In this document: in pieces, positions 11,072 to 21,517 of the stretch | Layout: each line of letters begins with the position of its first letter | Position numbering within the stretch: the stretch's first letter is position 1 | Assembly (NCBI GenBank): GCA_038207085.1 | Contig: JBBRAE010000011.1 | Coordinates: 20,369-84,368 of the forward strand | Direction: 5' to 3' | Length of the DNA stretch: 64,000 nt | Source: Armatimonadota bacterium | Lineage (GTDB): Bacteria; Armatimonadota; UBA5829; DTLH01 | Position numbers and translations under genes: made by a program | The notes under the pieces: generated by a model | The model's database searches: none | Seen by the model: only the letters and a program-made list of their open reading frames with translations | What the model was told of the DNA's origin: nothing

Positions 11072-12453
11072 GCACGATTCTATATAGAAAGACAGAAACC
11101 ATGTCAGTAAAGACCGTCCTAGTGGCGCTAATGATCCCGCTATCGATATCATCGTTCGGCCAGACGCCTCCTGTGCAGCCGAAAGTCCAGTCCGTGGTGA
11201 TTCCCGCGGCTGTGACGATTGCTCCACCACAAAATGCTCAGGACGAAGCGCTGAACAAGCCGCTCACAGCAGAAGAAGCTGCGTTGATCGCCCTAAAGTA
11301 TCAGCCCGATGTAACCCTGGCTCGTGCAGAGCTTGGAGTCACGCAGGGGAAGAGTGGGCAGGCGCGCTCTGGGCTTTTGCCGTCGTTAACCGCTGCGGGG
11401 AACTACAGCAACACCCACGGAACACTGGGCAGTGGGCTGGCAAGTAATGACTACGGAGCATCTGCGCTGGTCAAACAGCTCATCTTTGACTTTGACCACA
11501 CCCGCAACCTGGCGCGGCAGGCGGGAGCCAGGGAGAGCTCCGCTGCGGCAGGCCTCACTCGGGTGCAGTCCGACGTTGTGCGCACCGTGAAGCTGGCGTT
11601 CTACACCTATCAAGAAAAGCAACGCCTCGTTGAGGTCAACGCCTCCGAGCTTGCCAACCAGCAGAGCCATCTCGCTGCGGCCAAAGCGCGACTTGATGCA
11701 GGAATGGGCCTCCCGGCCGACGTTGTGCGCGCCGAAACCGCAGTCGGAAACGCCGCCTTTAACTTGAGCCTCGCAAACAATGAGGCGCTGATCGCGAGAA
11801 TCACCCTCGCCGAGCTTATGGGGATAGATCCCCGCACTCCCCTAAACGCCACCGGCAGCGCAGAGCCGGTCCCGCCCGACTCAACTCTCGATAATCTGGT
11901 CTCAGACGCGCTGGACAACCGTCCTGAGATGCGTCAGGCGAAGCTGAACCAAGAAGCCGCCACTTACGGGCTGAACGCCTCCAAGACAGGCAATTCTCCT
12001 TCGGTTGGCGGGAATGCGGGATGGGCAGGGAGAGGCGAGGACCCGTCCATGGACAGCCGGTCGCTCTCCTACGGGCTCACGATACAGTGGCCGATCTTCG
12101 ACAGTGGGCTTACCAAGGGGCGCGTGCTGGAGTCTCAGTCGACGCTCACTGCGGCCTCTGCGCAGGCTCAGTCGACCCGCCTGTCGGTAATATCTCAGGT
12201 GTCTCAGTCGTATATCACTCTGAAGACTGCCGAGCAGCGCGTCACGACCGCCGATGCCCAGGTTGCAAACGCCGAAGAGTCGCTCAGGCTGATCGACGGA
12301 CGCTACACTGCGGGGCTCGGGACGTTTCTTGACGTGCTGGGCGCTCAGACCGCGCTTCTTACTGCTCGGACGAACCGCGTAAACGCCGTTTCTGAAGTGG
12401 ACCGTGCCCGGGTGGCGCTGGTCTATGCCATCGGAGCCACGCGACTCCCTTAG
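11068..12453 (+). CDS. TolC-family outer membrane efflux protein
   Basis: OEP repeats (QLIFDF, WPIFDSG, RYTAGLGTFLDVL). The start may be 11101. Confidence 0.9.
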   Translation: MSTILYRKTETMSVKTVLVALMIPLSISSFGQTPPVQPKVQSVVIPAAVTIAPPQNAQDEALNKPLTAEEAALIALKYQPDVTLARAELGVTQGKSGQARSGLLPSLTAAGNYSNTHGTLGSGLASNDYGASALVKQLIFDFDHTRNLARQAGARESSAAAGLTRVQSDVVRTVKLAFYTYQEKQRLVEVNASELANQQSHLAAAKARLDAGMGLPADVVRAETAVGNAAFNLSLANNEALIARITLAELMGIDPRTPLNATGSAEPVPPDSTLDNLVSDALDNRPEMRQAKLNQEAATYGLNASKTGNSPSVGGNAGWAGRGEDPSMDSRSLSYGLTIQWPIFDSGLTKGRVLESQSTLTAASAQAQSTRLSVISQVSQSYITLKTAEQRVTTADAQVANAEESLRLIDGRYTAGLGTFLDVLGAQTALLTARTNRVNAVSEVDRARVALVYAIGATRLP

Positions 12454-13862
12454 ATATTCACGACCCGTATCAGGCTGGTGTTCCCCGGAAGTCCCACGGG
12501 GACGCCAGCGGTTACGACCACCGTGTCGCCCTTCTTGACCAGCCCCGTGCTCTTTGCCGATTCCACAGCGACGTGGATCAGCACGTCTGTGCTGTCGGTT
12601 TCGGGAACAGCAACCGGGAAGACACCCCACGAAAGTGCGAGTTGCCCGACGGTCTCTTCTCGGGAGACGGCCGCAATGATGGGGGAGGGCGGCCTGTATT
12701 TGGAAACAAGCCTTGCGGTTGTGCCGGTCGCGGTGCAGGTGATGACTGCCGCCACCTTGAGGTCGATCGAAATCTCAGCGGTCGCCTGTCCGATGGCTTC
12801 CGTGACGCTCTTGGTAGGCCAGTTCTCACGCTCTGAGACGATGTCAGCGTATTTGATCGATTTCTCGGTGCTTCGGGCGATCTGGTCCATCATCTTGACC
12901 GACTCGATTGGGTATTCACCGGCCGCAGTCTCTCCGGAGAGCATGGTCGCGTCTGTGCCATCAAAGATCGCGTTTGCGATGTCGGTTGCCTCTGCTCGGG
13001 TAGGGCGCGCGTTGTGCATCATCGAGTCCAGCATCTGGGTCGCTGTGATAACGGGCTTCCCGGCAGCGTTGCACTTGTGTATGATCGTCTTCTGGATGAT
13101 CGGGACTTCATAGATGGGAAGCTCGATCCCTAGGTCGCCGCGAGCGATCATAATGCCGTCGAACGACTCGATCATCTTATCTATCGCCTGCACAGCCTCA
13201 GGGCGCTCTATCTTGGCGATAAGCGGCCTTCTGACCCCTACTCGGGTCATCACGTCATCAAACGCCTTGCGGTCGCCAGGTTCGGTGCAGAACGAGATCG
13301 CCACCCAGTCGACTCCCTGCTTCAGGCCGAACTCGAGGTCGTCGATGTCTTTGGGAGTCGCACAAACCGCACTCGCTCTGGCTCCAGGAACGCTCACGCC
13401 TTTTCTTGAACTCAGCTCCCCACCGATGACGACAGCGGTCTCAATGTCCGTCTCTGTCTTTGAGAGCACCGTAAACTGAAGCTTGGCATCGTCGACGAAA
13501 ATCGTGCTGCCGCGCTTGACCTGTTCGACGTACTCGGGGTAGGGCAGGTTGATCTCGTGCTCATCACCCGGCACGTCTCGCGTAGTAAACACGAACTTCT
13601 GCCCAGGAGCGAGCTGCACGACGCCTTTCTCGATCTTCCCCGCCCGTATCTTAGGGCCTGATAGGTCCTGAAGGATGCCGACAGGCGTGTGAAGTTCAGA
13701 GGATATCCGACGGATCAGCCGGATCATCTTCTCGTGGTCCTCGTGTGTGCCGTGCGAGAAGTTCAAGCGGGCTATATTCATCCCAGCCTTGATTATCTCT
13801 CGAATAAGCTCCTCTGAGGAGCAGGCCGGGCCAATTGTGCATACGATTTTTGTGCGACGCAT
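12450..13862 (-). CDS. pyk: Pyruvate kinase
   Basis: RRTKIVCTIGP, ARLNFSHG, IAKIE, ARGDLG, ATQMLDSM and LSGETA motifs. Confidence 0.99.
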   Translation of the reverse strand: MRRTKIVCTIGPACSSEELIREIIKAGMNIARLNFSHGTHEDHEKMIRLIRRISSELHTPVGILQDLSGPKIRAGKIEKGVVQLAPGQKFVFTTRDVPGDEHEINLPYPEYVEQVKRGSTIFVDDAKLQFTVLSKTETDIETAVVIGGELSSRKGVSVPGARASAVCATPKDIDDLEFGLKQGVDWVAISFCTEPGDRKAFDDVMTRVGVRRPLIAKIERPEAVQAIDKMIESFDGIMIARGDLGIELPIYEVPIIQKTIIHKCNAAGKPVITATQMLDSMMHNARPTRAEATDIANAIFDGTDATMLSGETAAGEYPIESVKMMDQIARSTEKSIKYADIVSERENWPTKSVTEAIGQATAEISIDLKVAAVITCTATGTTARLVSKYRPPSPIIAAVSREETVGQLALSWGVFPVAVPETDSTDVLIHVAVESAKSTGLVKKGDTVVVTAGVPVGLPGNTSLIRVVNI

Positions 13863-13916
13863 TGTTCGTTACTCTCGGGTATTACTTGTTCGAATAGCAG
13901 ATGAGGCGTCCGTCCT

Positions 13917-14074
13917 CTAGCCCGCATTATTCACGAGTAGCGTGAATAATGCTCTGTTAGCGAAAGCTTTATTCGCTTCACGAATAAAGCGGGCTAGCCT
14001 GCATTATTCACGAGGAGTGTGAATAATGCTCTGTTAGCGAGAGCTTTATTCGCTTCACGAATAAAGCGGGCTAG
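13917..14074 (+). mobile_element. Tandem dimer of the 73-bp double-hairpin MITE/REPIN-like element (copies 1 and 2) bounded by CTAG
   Basis: CTAG-CCCGCATTATTCACG..CGTGAATAATGC-TCTGTTAGCGAAA-GCTTTATTCG..CGAATAAAGCGGG-CTAG, repeated with a 77-bp period (CTAG at 13917, 13994 and 14071). Confidence 0.85.
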
Positions 14075-14163
14075 TGCTTATACTGAAAGGAAAGGACGCC
14101 TCATAGTTACTTATCAAATCGACGCACCAAGCGCAATCTGCCGTGGTGTTCGTCGACGATCAT

Positions 14164-15495
<1,332 letters not shown>

Positions 15496-15622
15496 TTATA
15501 CCCGTTGGACAGCGAAACGTGCGCCGTCTGGCAGGCAGGCGCAATCGCGCCACGCATATTATACCAGAGGGGCGGAATATAGGGAAGGGCAAAGCAACGC
15601 GAGTTGTGAGCTTGGGGATGAT

Positions 15623-15650
15623 GGGGAGGCGTGAGTGCCTCCCCGATTTT
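15623..15650. terminator. Hairpin at the 3' end of the GT-C operon
   Basis: GGGGAGGC-N6-GCCTCCCC just downstream of the stop at 15656. Confidence 0.6.
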
Positions 15651-15655
15651 GATGA

Positions 15656-17611
15656 CTATCTGAGCTTGATGCCGTTTTGGGCGGCTTTGGCGATTGTCGC
15701 TTGAGCCTCCTGTTTGCGGCCCAGCGCCTCATAGCACCCAATGAGGTTTACGTACGCCTCCGGGTTCTTTGGGTTCAGGTCTACCGCGGTCAGCAGATGC
15801 GTCAATGCCTCGTCATAGCGTTTCATCGACATAAGAAGCCCGCCGAGGTTTGAGTGTGCGGTATCGTAGAACGGGTCTATCTCAAGCGCCTGCTGGTAGA
15901 CGCCGATCGCTTCATCTGGTTTGCCCGCAAGGGTGAGCGCGTAGCCGAGGTTACTGTAGGCGTTCTTGAAGCTCGGGTTCATATCAATCGCGCGCCGGAA
16001 CATCTCACAGGCCTTGTCATACTGGCCCTTCTTGCCGTAGATGATCGCGAGGTTGTTGACTGCCACCGGATCGTTCGTAGATATATTGATTGCCTGCTCA
16101 TAGTGCTCGAGCGCTTCGTCCAGCCTGCCCGTTCTTGAGAGAATATTGCCAAGCGCGTTGTGTGCCCGGGTATACCCCGGCTTTATCTCAAGCGCCGCAC
16201 GCACCGCCTGCTCGGCCTTGCCGTAGTCTTCCCTCAAGTCATAGTAGCCTCCGAGGTGTGTGTAGGCAAGGTAGTTGTTCGGGTTGACCTGTATCGCGTG
16301 CCTAAAGAGCGTCTCGCTTGTCCTCCAGTAGGTGACCTGCTGATAGGTGAGCGCGAAGCATGCGGCGAGCACGATAATTGCCGCAGGCGCGATCCAGGGC
16401 GGAGTAACCGTCACTGTTTCAGTGCCTTTGGCCCCACGTGCGACTTCTCGTTTGGTGGAGAAAATATCGGGAATGAGCCATGCGATCATAATAAAGAGCC
16501 CAACGAGGGGGATGTATGTATAGCGGTCGGCCATCGACTGCTCTCCGACCTGCACGAGGCCGATCACAGGGATCAGTGTGAAAAGATACCACACCCAGCC
16601 GACTGTGAGATAACCCCGGTTATGCCTGAATCGGATCACAAACGCCGTAATCGCGACGAGCACCAATAGGCAGATCACGACCGGCTGACTCTGCCCCGGA
16701 GGGGACAGTGGATAGAACACGGCAAGCTTCGCAGGCCAGATCATCTTGCCTATATAGGCCGCGCAGGCGACGATGGAGTTTGCGACGCGCGCAGCCATCG
16801 GCAGGTCTTCGAGCTGGTTCACCGCGCCTCCGCTCCTCTGCGCAAGGAAAGTGATAACGCTCGACGCCACCGTTAGCGCGAAAAGCGGCAGCTTCTCGAC
16901 GAAAAGCATCGAGAGCGAAGTATTGGGCTTGCGCTCAGGAGCAAGGCGTCGAAGCGGCCAGAAATCGAGCATCAAAAGCGCAAACGGCAGGGTGACGAGC
17001 ATCGGTTTTGCAAGCAGGCCAAGCACAAACGACGCCACTACGCACGCATAGAAGAGTCGTCTCTTTGAGCCCTGTTCGCTCACGTAGAACGCATAGGCGA
17101 GCATAGTCAGCATCCAGAAGAACGTCGAAAGCACGTCTTTTCGCTCCGCGACCCACGCCACCGACTCCACATGGAGCGGGTGAAGCGCAAAGAGCGCCGC
17201 GACGAAGCCGCTTTTCCAGATCGATCCGGTCATTTTCGATAGCGCGAGGAACAACAGCACCGTCGAAAGCACGTGGAAGATAACGTTTGTCGCGTGGTGT
17301 CCACCTGCGTTCAGTTTGTAGATGTCGTAGTCGACGGCGTGCGATATCCACGTCAATGGATGATAGTTCGCGGCATACGCGCGGCCTCCATCTTTCAAGA
17401 AGTCAATGGAGAAGCCCCACGTTGCAGCGTTTGCGACTCCGAGCTTGATGTTCGGGTTGTCTTTGACGTAGTCTGGGTCGTCGTAGAGCACGAAGTCGTT
17501 TTGGGTGACGTGCGCGTAGGCGGCAAACGTCGCAATGATAAGCACGACAAGGATTATCAGTAATGCGCGCTTATCGACCGGTGTCGGCGTCGGGACTTTG
17601 GATCTTTTCAT
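15656..17611 (-). CDS. TMTC-like GT-C membrane glycosyltransferase with C-terminal TPRs (paralog 7)
   Basis: FVLYDD, NYHPLTW, HPLHVESVAWVAERKDVL and ADRYTYIP motifs; multiple TPRs. Start MKRSK at 17611 after GGAG. Confidence 0.8.
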   Translation of the reverse strand: MKRSKVPTPTPVDKRALLIILVVLIIATFAAYAHVTQNDFVLYDDPDYVKDNPNIKLGVANAATWGFSIDFLKDGGRAYAANYHPLTWISHAVDYDIYKLNAGGHHATNVIFHVLSTVLLFLALSKMTGSIWKSGFVAALFALHPLHVESVAWVAERKDVLSTFFWMLTMLAYAFYVSEQGSKRRLFYACVVASFVLGLLAKPMLVTLPFALLMLDFWPLRRLAPERKPNTSLSMLFVEKLPLFALTVASSVITFLAQRSGGAVNQLEDLPMAARVANSIVACAAYIGKMIWPAKLAVFYPLSPPGQSQPVVICLLVLVAITAFVIRFRHNRGYLTVGWVWYLFTLIPVIGLVQVGEQSMADRYTYIPLVGLFIMIAWLIPDIFSTKREVARGAKGTETVTVTPPWIAPAAIIVLAACFALTYQQVTYWRTSETLFRHAIQVNPNNYLAYTHLGGYYDLREDYGKAEQAVRAALEIKPGYTRAHNALGNILSRTGRLDEALEHYEQAINISTNDPVAVNNLAIIYGKKGQYDKACEMFRRAIDMNPSFKNAYSNLGYALTLAGKPDEAIGVYQQALEIDPFYDTAHSNLGGLLMSMKRYDEALTHLLTAVDLNPKNPEAYVNLIGCYEALGRKQEAQATIAKAAQNGIKLR

Positions 17612-17612
17612 T

Positions 17613-19574
17613 CTATCGTTCTCCTGCTGCACGAGGCGCGGGGTCTGGAATTCGCTTATCTAATTCTACTATAAGTGCGGGGTGAGGTGAACCACCGAGT
17701 TCGCGGACGCGGTGGACTTCCTCCCAGGAACGGGCATAATCTCCCGTATTATACAGAGCTTCGGCGAGCCGATTATGCGCCTGAACGAACTTCGGGTTAT
17801 ATTGGAGCGCCTTTTCGTAGTATCCTACAGCCTCATCGTATCTTCCCTGCAGGACGAAGAGCACCCCGATGTTGGTATAGGCTTCAGGAAAATCGGGCTT
17901 GATACGAATCGCCGCTTCGAACTCTTTGTTCGCGCCCGCGATGTCGCCACTTTTTCCGAGAACCATACCGTAGTTGTTGTGCGCGTGCGGGTTCTCGGAG
18001 TTCAGCCTGATGGCTTCGAGACAGGCCAAACGGGCCCCTTTGATATCTCCTGAGACATAGAGCGCGCGCCCGAGGCCGGAGTATGCGAGGTCGCTGTCTT
18101 TTCTAATCTTGATGGCCTCACGGTAATGCTTTTTGGCCTCGCCCGGCTGGCCGGTCTCAAGAAGCGCGTTTGCGTAGTTGCACTGCTGATAGGAGTCGAG
18201 CGGATACACCTTGACCGCGCGACCGAGCATCTCAGCGGCTTCATCGTATCGTCCCATCTCAGCAAACTGGCAGCCGAGGTTGATCGCCGCGAGCCGGTTG
18301 TTCATATTGGAGTCAAGCGCGTGCCTGAACAGGGTTTCGTTGGTCTTCCAGCTAGCCACCTGAACGTGAGTCGTCGGCAGAAGCGCGGCAAGGACGACGA
18401 TAGCGGGCACCGTAACCGCTGCGGTTCTCACTTTGGATGAAAGCTTGTCTGCGAGGTCGGCGAGCCCCCATGTGACGGCGATAAAGAGCCCGATCACCGG
18501 CACGTAGGTGTAGCGGTCCGCCATCCCCTGCCATCCGACCTGGACTATCCCGATCACGGGAACGAGCATCACCAGAAACATCAGCCACCCCATCCCGACG
18601 TATGGACGACGCCTCGAAAGGCACACCGAGCCCGCCGATATTGCCGCAAGGACAGCAGCCGAGGCGATGATCTTCAGTATCGGGATCGATATCCCCGGAT
18701 GCGGGTAGAAGACGGCGAGGTTGACGGGCCAGATCGTCTTTCCAATGTAGGATGCGTAGGCGACGAGCGCGTTATCGATTCTGACCGAAAGCGGATACGT
18801 CGCAAGCGCCTGAACCGCGCCGCCCTTGTGCTGCACGAACATGGTGATGGCCGAACTTGCGGCGACCAGTGCGAAGTACGGCAGCTTTTCAACTACAAGG
18901 CGCTTCCATCCCCTAGACGCACGTTCGAGCGGCCACCAGTCGAGCAGCAGCAGCACAATCGGAAGCGTGACGAGCATAGGTTTCGCCATCAGGCCGAGCA
19001 CGAAGAGCCCGAGAGTGGCGAGATACCGTTTGCCGTTGGGTCGCTCGGTGTAGAAAGTGTACGAGATCAGTGTGGCCATCAAAAAGAACGTCGAGAGCAC
19101 GTCTTTGCGCTCGGAGACCCACGCGACCGACTCCACATGCATCGGGTGAATGGCAAACAGCGCCGCGACAAACGCGCTTCGCCACACTGCCCCCGTCATC
19201 TTCGATAGCGCGAGGAAGAGCAGGATCGCGCTCAGAATATGTATTGCAACGCTTGTCACGTGGTGTCCGCCCGGGGCGAGCCCGTAGAGCGAAACGTCCG
19301 TCATGTGAGATATCCACGTCAGCGGGTGCCAGTTGGCCGCGTAACCGTCGAAGCTAAACGCCCATTTGACCGCTTCAGGAGTAAGTCCCGAGCTTATGTT
19401 GGGGTTGTTCAGCACGTAGTCACCGTCGTCGTAGCGCACGAACTCGAAGGTGTGACACTGCCAATAGACCCCGAGCGTTCCGACGATCATGAGCAGTATG
19501 ATGATCGCATGCAGTCGGCTGAAAATTGGATTATCCGCCGTTTTTGCCCGGACGGGCTTCAGTTTGGCTTTCAC
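17613..19574 (-). CDS. TMTC-like GT-C + TPR protein (paralog 6)
   Basis: FVRYDD, NWHPLTW, HPMHVESVAWVSERKD and ADRYTYVP motifs; TPRs. GTG start at 19574 after AAAGGAG. Confidence 0.8.
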   Translation of the reverse strand: MKAKLKPVRAKTADNPIFSRLHAIIILLMIVGTLGVYWQCHTFEFVRYDDGDYVLNNPNISSGLTPEAVKWAFSFDGYAANWHPLTWISHMTDVSLYGLAPGGHHVTSVAIHILSAILLFLALSKMTGAVWRSAFVAALFAIHPMHVESVAWVSERKDVLSTFFLMATLISYTFYTERPNGKRYLATLGLFVLGLMAKPMLVTLPIVLLLLDWWPLERASRGWKRLVVEKLPYFALVAASSAITMFVQHKGGAVQALATYPLSVRIDNALVAYASYIGKTIWPVNLAVFYPHPGISIPILKIIASAAVLAAISAGSVCLSRRRPYVGMGWLMFLVMLVPVIGIVQVGWQGMADRYTYVPVIGLFIAVTWGLADLADKLSSKVRTAAVTVPAIVVLAALLPTTHVQVASWKTNETLFRHALDSNMNNRLAAINLGCQFAEMGRYDEAAEMLGRAVKVYPLDSYQQCNYANALLETGQPGEAKKHYREAIKIRKDSDLAYSGLGRALYVSGDIKGARLACLEAIRLNSENPHAHNNYGMVLGKSGDIAGANKEFEAAIRIKPDFPEAYTNIGVLFVLQGRYDEAVGYYEKALQYNPKFVQAHNRLAEALYNTGDYARSWEEVHRVRELGGSPHPALIVELDKRIPDPAPRAAGER

Positions 19575-19576
19575 GT

Positions 19577-21514
19577 CTACTCCTTTCTGTCGGTCAGGGC
19601 TTTGGCGACTGCTGGGTCGACCGCGCCGCCGTAGCGCAGGCACTGTTGTAATTCGTTATACGCCGAGGTGCGATCTCCCTCCCTGAATAGCGCCTCCGCG
19701 AGATGTCCGTGGGCTGCGGCAAACGTCGGGTCGACGCGAATAGCCTCAGCGTAGTAGGGAATCGCCTCGGCAAACTTGCCATGAAGCGCAAGCGCGTAGC
19801 CGATGTTGTGCGGAGCCTCAGGCATGGTCGGGTTGAGCACGGCGGCGCGTTTGAACTCGACAACCGCCTCATCAAACCGACCTGCGGATGCGAGAGCGAG
19901 GCCGTAGTTGTTCGCCGCGTCAGCGTTCTTGCCTTCGGTGTCGAGACGAACAGCAGTCTCGCCCGCCCGAATAGCCTCCTCGACCTGACCGTCGCCCGCA
20001 AGTGCCCGGGCAAGCGACGCGTAGCCGTCGATCGATTTCGGCTCCAGCCTGATCGCCGCCCTGTAGGACGCGATAGCCTCGTCGGCGCGTCCGAGGTCAA
20101 AGAGCGTGTTTCCGAGGTTGCGGCGCGCCTGCGCGTATGTGGGGTCAAACTCTACCGCCTGCCGCAGATACCCTTCGGCCTCCGCAAGCTGGCCGCGCTC
20201 CTGGAGAAACGCTCCGAGGTTGTTCAGCGCCCCAGAGTTCTTTGGATTGACCGAAATAGTGTGATGGAAGAGCGAAACGGTGTCTTTCCAGACCGCAACC
20301 TGCTTTGCCGTGACGACCGACAGGGCGATCAAAACGGCCACTGAAACGGTCGCAAGCGCAGCAGTTTTAGTCGCACTCGGCAACTTGAGTCTATCAAGCG
20401 CGTCAGGCACGAGCCATGCGACGATCACAAAGAGGCCAATCAAGGGGATATAGGTGTAGCGGTCGGCCATCGCCTGCCCGCCTACCTGCACGAGCCCTAT
20501 CACCGGGGTCAGCGTGCCGACGAACCAGAGCCACCCCACGATCAAATACGGTTTGACCTTTGAGTAGCGGACAAACCCCGCAGTCAGCATGGCAAGAATC
20601 AACGCAGAGGTGATGACCTGCCAGATTGGGATGCCCGCGCCGGGGTGAGGATAGGGTATAGCAAGGCGCGCGGGCCAGATCATCTTTCCGATGTAGCTCA
20701 CATACACCACGAGCGCGTTTTCGACCCTTACCGCAGGCGAATAACTCTGGAAGTCCTGAACGGCTCCCGCGCTGTGCTGGGCGATGAACGTAAGAACGCT
20801 CGACCCTATCGCAAGCAGCATAAACGGCGTCTTCTCAATAGCGAGCTTTCCCCAACTCTCCTTGCGACGCAGTGGCCAGTAGTCGAGCATAAGGAGCACG
20901 AATGGCAGCGTGACCAGCATCGGTTTTGCAAGCAGTCCGAGTGCGAAGAACACTACCGCCGCAGCGAACTTTGCCGCACCCGGTTTTGCGACATACCATG
21001 CGTAGGAGAGAAGGGTGAGCATTAGGAAAAACGTTGAAAGCACGTCTTTACGCTCGGCGGCCCATGCGACAGATTCGACGTGCAACGGGTGAACTGCAAA
21101 AAGCGCCGCGACAAAGGCGCTTCGCCAAAGGGAACCCGTCATCGCCGAAAAGGCGAGGAAAAGCAGCAGCGCGCTTGCTGTGTGCAAGCCAAGACCCATC
21201 ATGTGGTGCTTCGCCGCGTCGAGTCCAAAGAGCTTGACGTCGACCATATGGGATATCCACGTCAGCGGGTGCCAGTTCGCGGCGTAGCCGATGTTGAACG
21301 CCCACTTGATCGACTCCGGCGTGATTCCCTGCTGGACGTTAGGGTTTGTCTTTATGTAGGTGAAGTCGTCGTAGCGCACGAAATCGTTATGACGCATCCC
21401 CGAGAACGACCCGAGCGTGATGATCGCAAGCGCCAGGCAGACGGCGAGTTTCATCCATCTGTCGCTGAATCCTGGCCGGTGTGAAGTTGGCTTGCCTACG
21501 CGCTTCTTTGCCAT
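19577..21514 (-). CDS. TMTC-like GT-C + TPR protein (paralog 5)
   Basis: FVRYDD, NWHPLTW, HPLHVESVAWAAERKD and ADRYTYIP motifs; TPRs. Confidence 0.8.
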   Translation of the reverse strand: MAKKRVGKPTSHRPGFSDRWMKLAVCLALAIITLGSFSGMRHNDFVRYDDFTYIKTNPNVQQGITPESIKWAFNIGYAANWHPLTWISHMVDVKLFGLDAAKHHMMGLGLHTASALLLFLAFSAMTGSLWRSAFVAALFAVHPLHVESVAWAAERKDVLSTFFLMLTLLSYAWYVAKPGAAKFAAAVVFFALGLLAKPMLVTLPFVLLMLDYWPLRRKESWGKLAIEKTPFMLLAIGSSVLTFIAQHSAGAVQDFQSYSPAVRVENALVVYVSYIGKMIWPARLAIPYPHPGAGIPIWQVITSALILAMLTAGFVRYSKVKPYLIVGWLWFVGTLTPVIGLVQVGGQAMADRYTYIPLIGLFVIVAWLVPDALDRLKLPSATKTAALATVSVAVLIALSVVTAKQVAVWKDTVSLFHHTISVNPKNSGALNNLGAFLQERGQLAEAEGYLRQAVEFDPTYAQARRNLGNTLFDLGRADEAIASYRAAIRLEPKSIDGYASLARALAGDGQVEEAIRAGETAVRLDTEGKNADAANNYGLALASAGRFDEAVVEFKRAAVLNPTMPEAPHNIGYALALHGKFAEAIPYYAEAIRVDPTFAAAHGHLAEALFREGDRTSAYNELQQCLRYGGAVDPAVAKALTDRKE

Positions 21515-21517
21515 ATT

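Noticed and set aside
13917..14074. CRISPR array
   Set aside because: Units are whole-length near-identical with no unique spacers, no cas genes are present, and the same unit is dispersed elsewhere in the window.
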